A stretch of DNA of 36,351 nt from Actinomycetota bacterium. Its GTDB lineage: Bacteria > Actinomycetota > Actinomycetes > JAKEEW01. Each line of letters opens with the position of its first letter. The stretch's first letter is position 1. Shown in pieces: positions 35,297 to 36,351 of this stretch. Where the stretch lies: NCBI GenBank assembly GCA_046725875.1, contig JBKOZJ010000026.1:1-36351 (forward strand), in the 5' to 3' direction. A program made the position numbers and the translations under genes. Below the pieces are notes generated by a model. It was not told the origin of the DNA. It made no database searches and saw nothing but the letters and a program-made list of their open reading frames with translations.

Positions 35297-36351
35297 GCTA
35301 CTCGATCGTGATCCCAACCGTCGGTCGGCCTAGCCTGCGTCACCTCCTCGCCGCACTGATAACCATCGATGGGCCGGCACCGGACCGGATCGTCGTCGTC
35401 GACGATCGGCCGGCGGGCCGGCTAACCGACGTCATGGCCGCGCCCGCCGGGACGCTCGTCCTCGCGAGCGGTGGCGGCGGTCCGGCCACCGCACGCAACG
35501 TCGGCTGGCGTGCCGTCGACTCGGACTGGGTGGTCTTCCTCGACGATGACGTGCTTCCCGGGCCACGTTGGGCCGAGCTTCTGGCCGGCGACCTCCAGTC
35601 GGCGGCGAGCACGGCGGGCTCCCAGGGACGCATCCTGGTACCGCTGCCAGAGGGCAGACGGCCGACCGACTGGGAGCGGTCGACCGCCGCGCTCGAGAAC
35701 GCCCGCTGGGCGACGGCGGATATGGCTTACCGGCGGCGCGTGCTCGTCGAACTCGGCGGCTTCGACGAGCGTTTCCGCCGCGCCTACCGCGAGGACGCGG
35801 AGTTCGCGTTGCGAGTCCTCGATGCGGGCTACGAGCTAGCCAGGGGGCGCCGCGAGATCGTACATCCAGTTCGCCCAGCGCCGTTCTTCGTGAGCGTCGG
35901 GGCACAGCGGGGAAACGCCGACGACGCATTGATCCGGCGGTTGCACGGTGCGTCGTGGCGGGAGCGCGCGCAGGCCCCCTCCGGGCGGTTCGCGCGCCAT
36001 GTCGCGATCGTGGCCGCCGGACTTGGCGCAGCTTTGGCACGGGCCGGTGCCCGCCATTGCGCGGCCAGCGCCAGCCAGATGCGGCGACGGTGGTCCCAGG
36101 TGGCCGCGGCCGCCTCCCTCGCCAGCGCCGGTGCGTGCATCGCCGGGATGGCCGAGCTCGCCGCGGCCCGGGTCCAGCCCGGTCCCAAGGCCGCCGGCGA
36201 GCTGCTGAAGATGACCGTGACCAGCATCTTCATCCCGCCGGCCGCCGTGTGGCATCGGTTGTGCGGCGAGGTCGCCGCGCTCGGTGCGCGGCCGGTGCCA
36301 CGCCGCCCGGTGCGCGCGGTGCTGGGTCGCGCCGGCCGCCCAGCCCCCACC
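35293..36351 (+). CDS. Family-2 glycosyltransferase, partial (runs off window end)
   Basis: ATGA overlap with the carbamoyltransferase. YSIVIPTVGR, VVVDD, ARNVG, FLDDD and GGFDERF...RED; no stop before the window end. Confidence 0.9.
   Translation, partial: MSYSIVIPTVGRPSLRHLLAALITIDGPAPDRIVVVDDRPAGRLTDVMAAPAGTLVLASGGGGPATARNVGWRAVDSDWVVFLDDDVLPGPRWAELLAGDLQSAASTAGSQGRILVPLPEGRRPTDWERSTAALENARWATADMAYRRRVLVELGGFDERFRRAYREDAEFALRVLDAGYELARGRREIVHPVRPAPFFVSVGAQRGNADDALIRRLHGASWRERAQAPSGRFARHVAIVAAGLGAALARAGARHCAASASQMRRRWSQVAAAASLASAGACIAGMAELAAARVQPGPKAAGELLKMTVTSIFIPPAAVWHRLCGEVAALGARPVPRRPVRAVLGRAGRPAPT

Noticed and set aside
1..36351. tRNA/rRNA genes, integrase, transposase, ligD
   Set aside because: No T-loop/cloverleaf, rRNA-like segment or catalytic motifs for these were recognised by eye. 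tRNAscan-SE and HMM searches would be needed to exclude them fully.

Overview
High-GC (about 70%) actinobacterial DNA with three parts. (1) 1-6000: an accessory, partly decayed segment with small orphan and frameshifted ORFs, DinB and YciI genes, and a possible integrase arm-type site. (2) 6007-16626: a nucleic-acid repair cluster. It holds an EndoQ(PHP)-UvrD helicase fusion, PolX-PHP, archaeal-type RtcB, a convergent archease, an AbiEi/DUF559 gene and an endonuclease V homologue lacking most catalytic residues. Ku lies further on at 24782, flanked by two paralogous unknown proteins, and no LigD is present in the window. (3) 16848-36351: transketolase, a GNAT + NSAR/OSBS pair, an OmpR-type two-component system with PepSY, and a stress/dormancy-type block. 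That block has DUF2795, a coupled nucleotidyltransferase-BON-metallophosphoesterase-baeRF2(Vms1-like) operon, GAF-ANTAR, PAS-GAF-PP2C, a carbamoyltransferase and a GT2. The best candidates for undescribed biology are the EndoQ-UvrD/PolX/RtcB/archease/pseudo-EndoV repair module and the baeRF2 operon as a possible tRNA cut-heal-rebuild system. No rRNA, tRNA or CRISPR array was recognised. Family calls come from motif recognition by eye, not from database searches.
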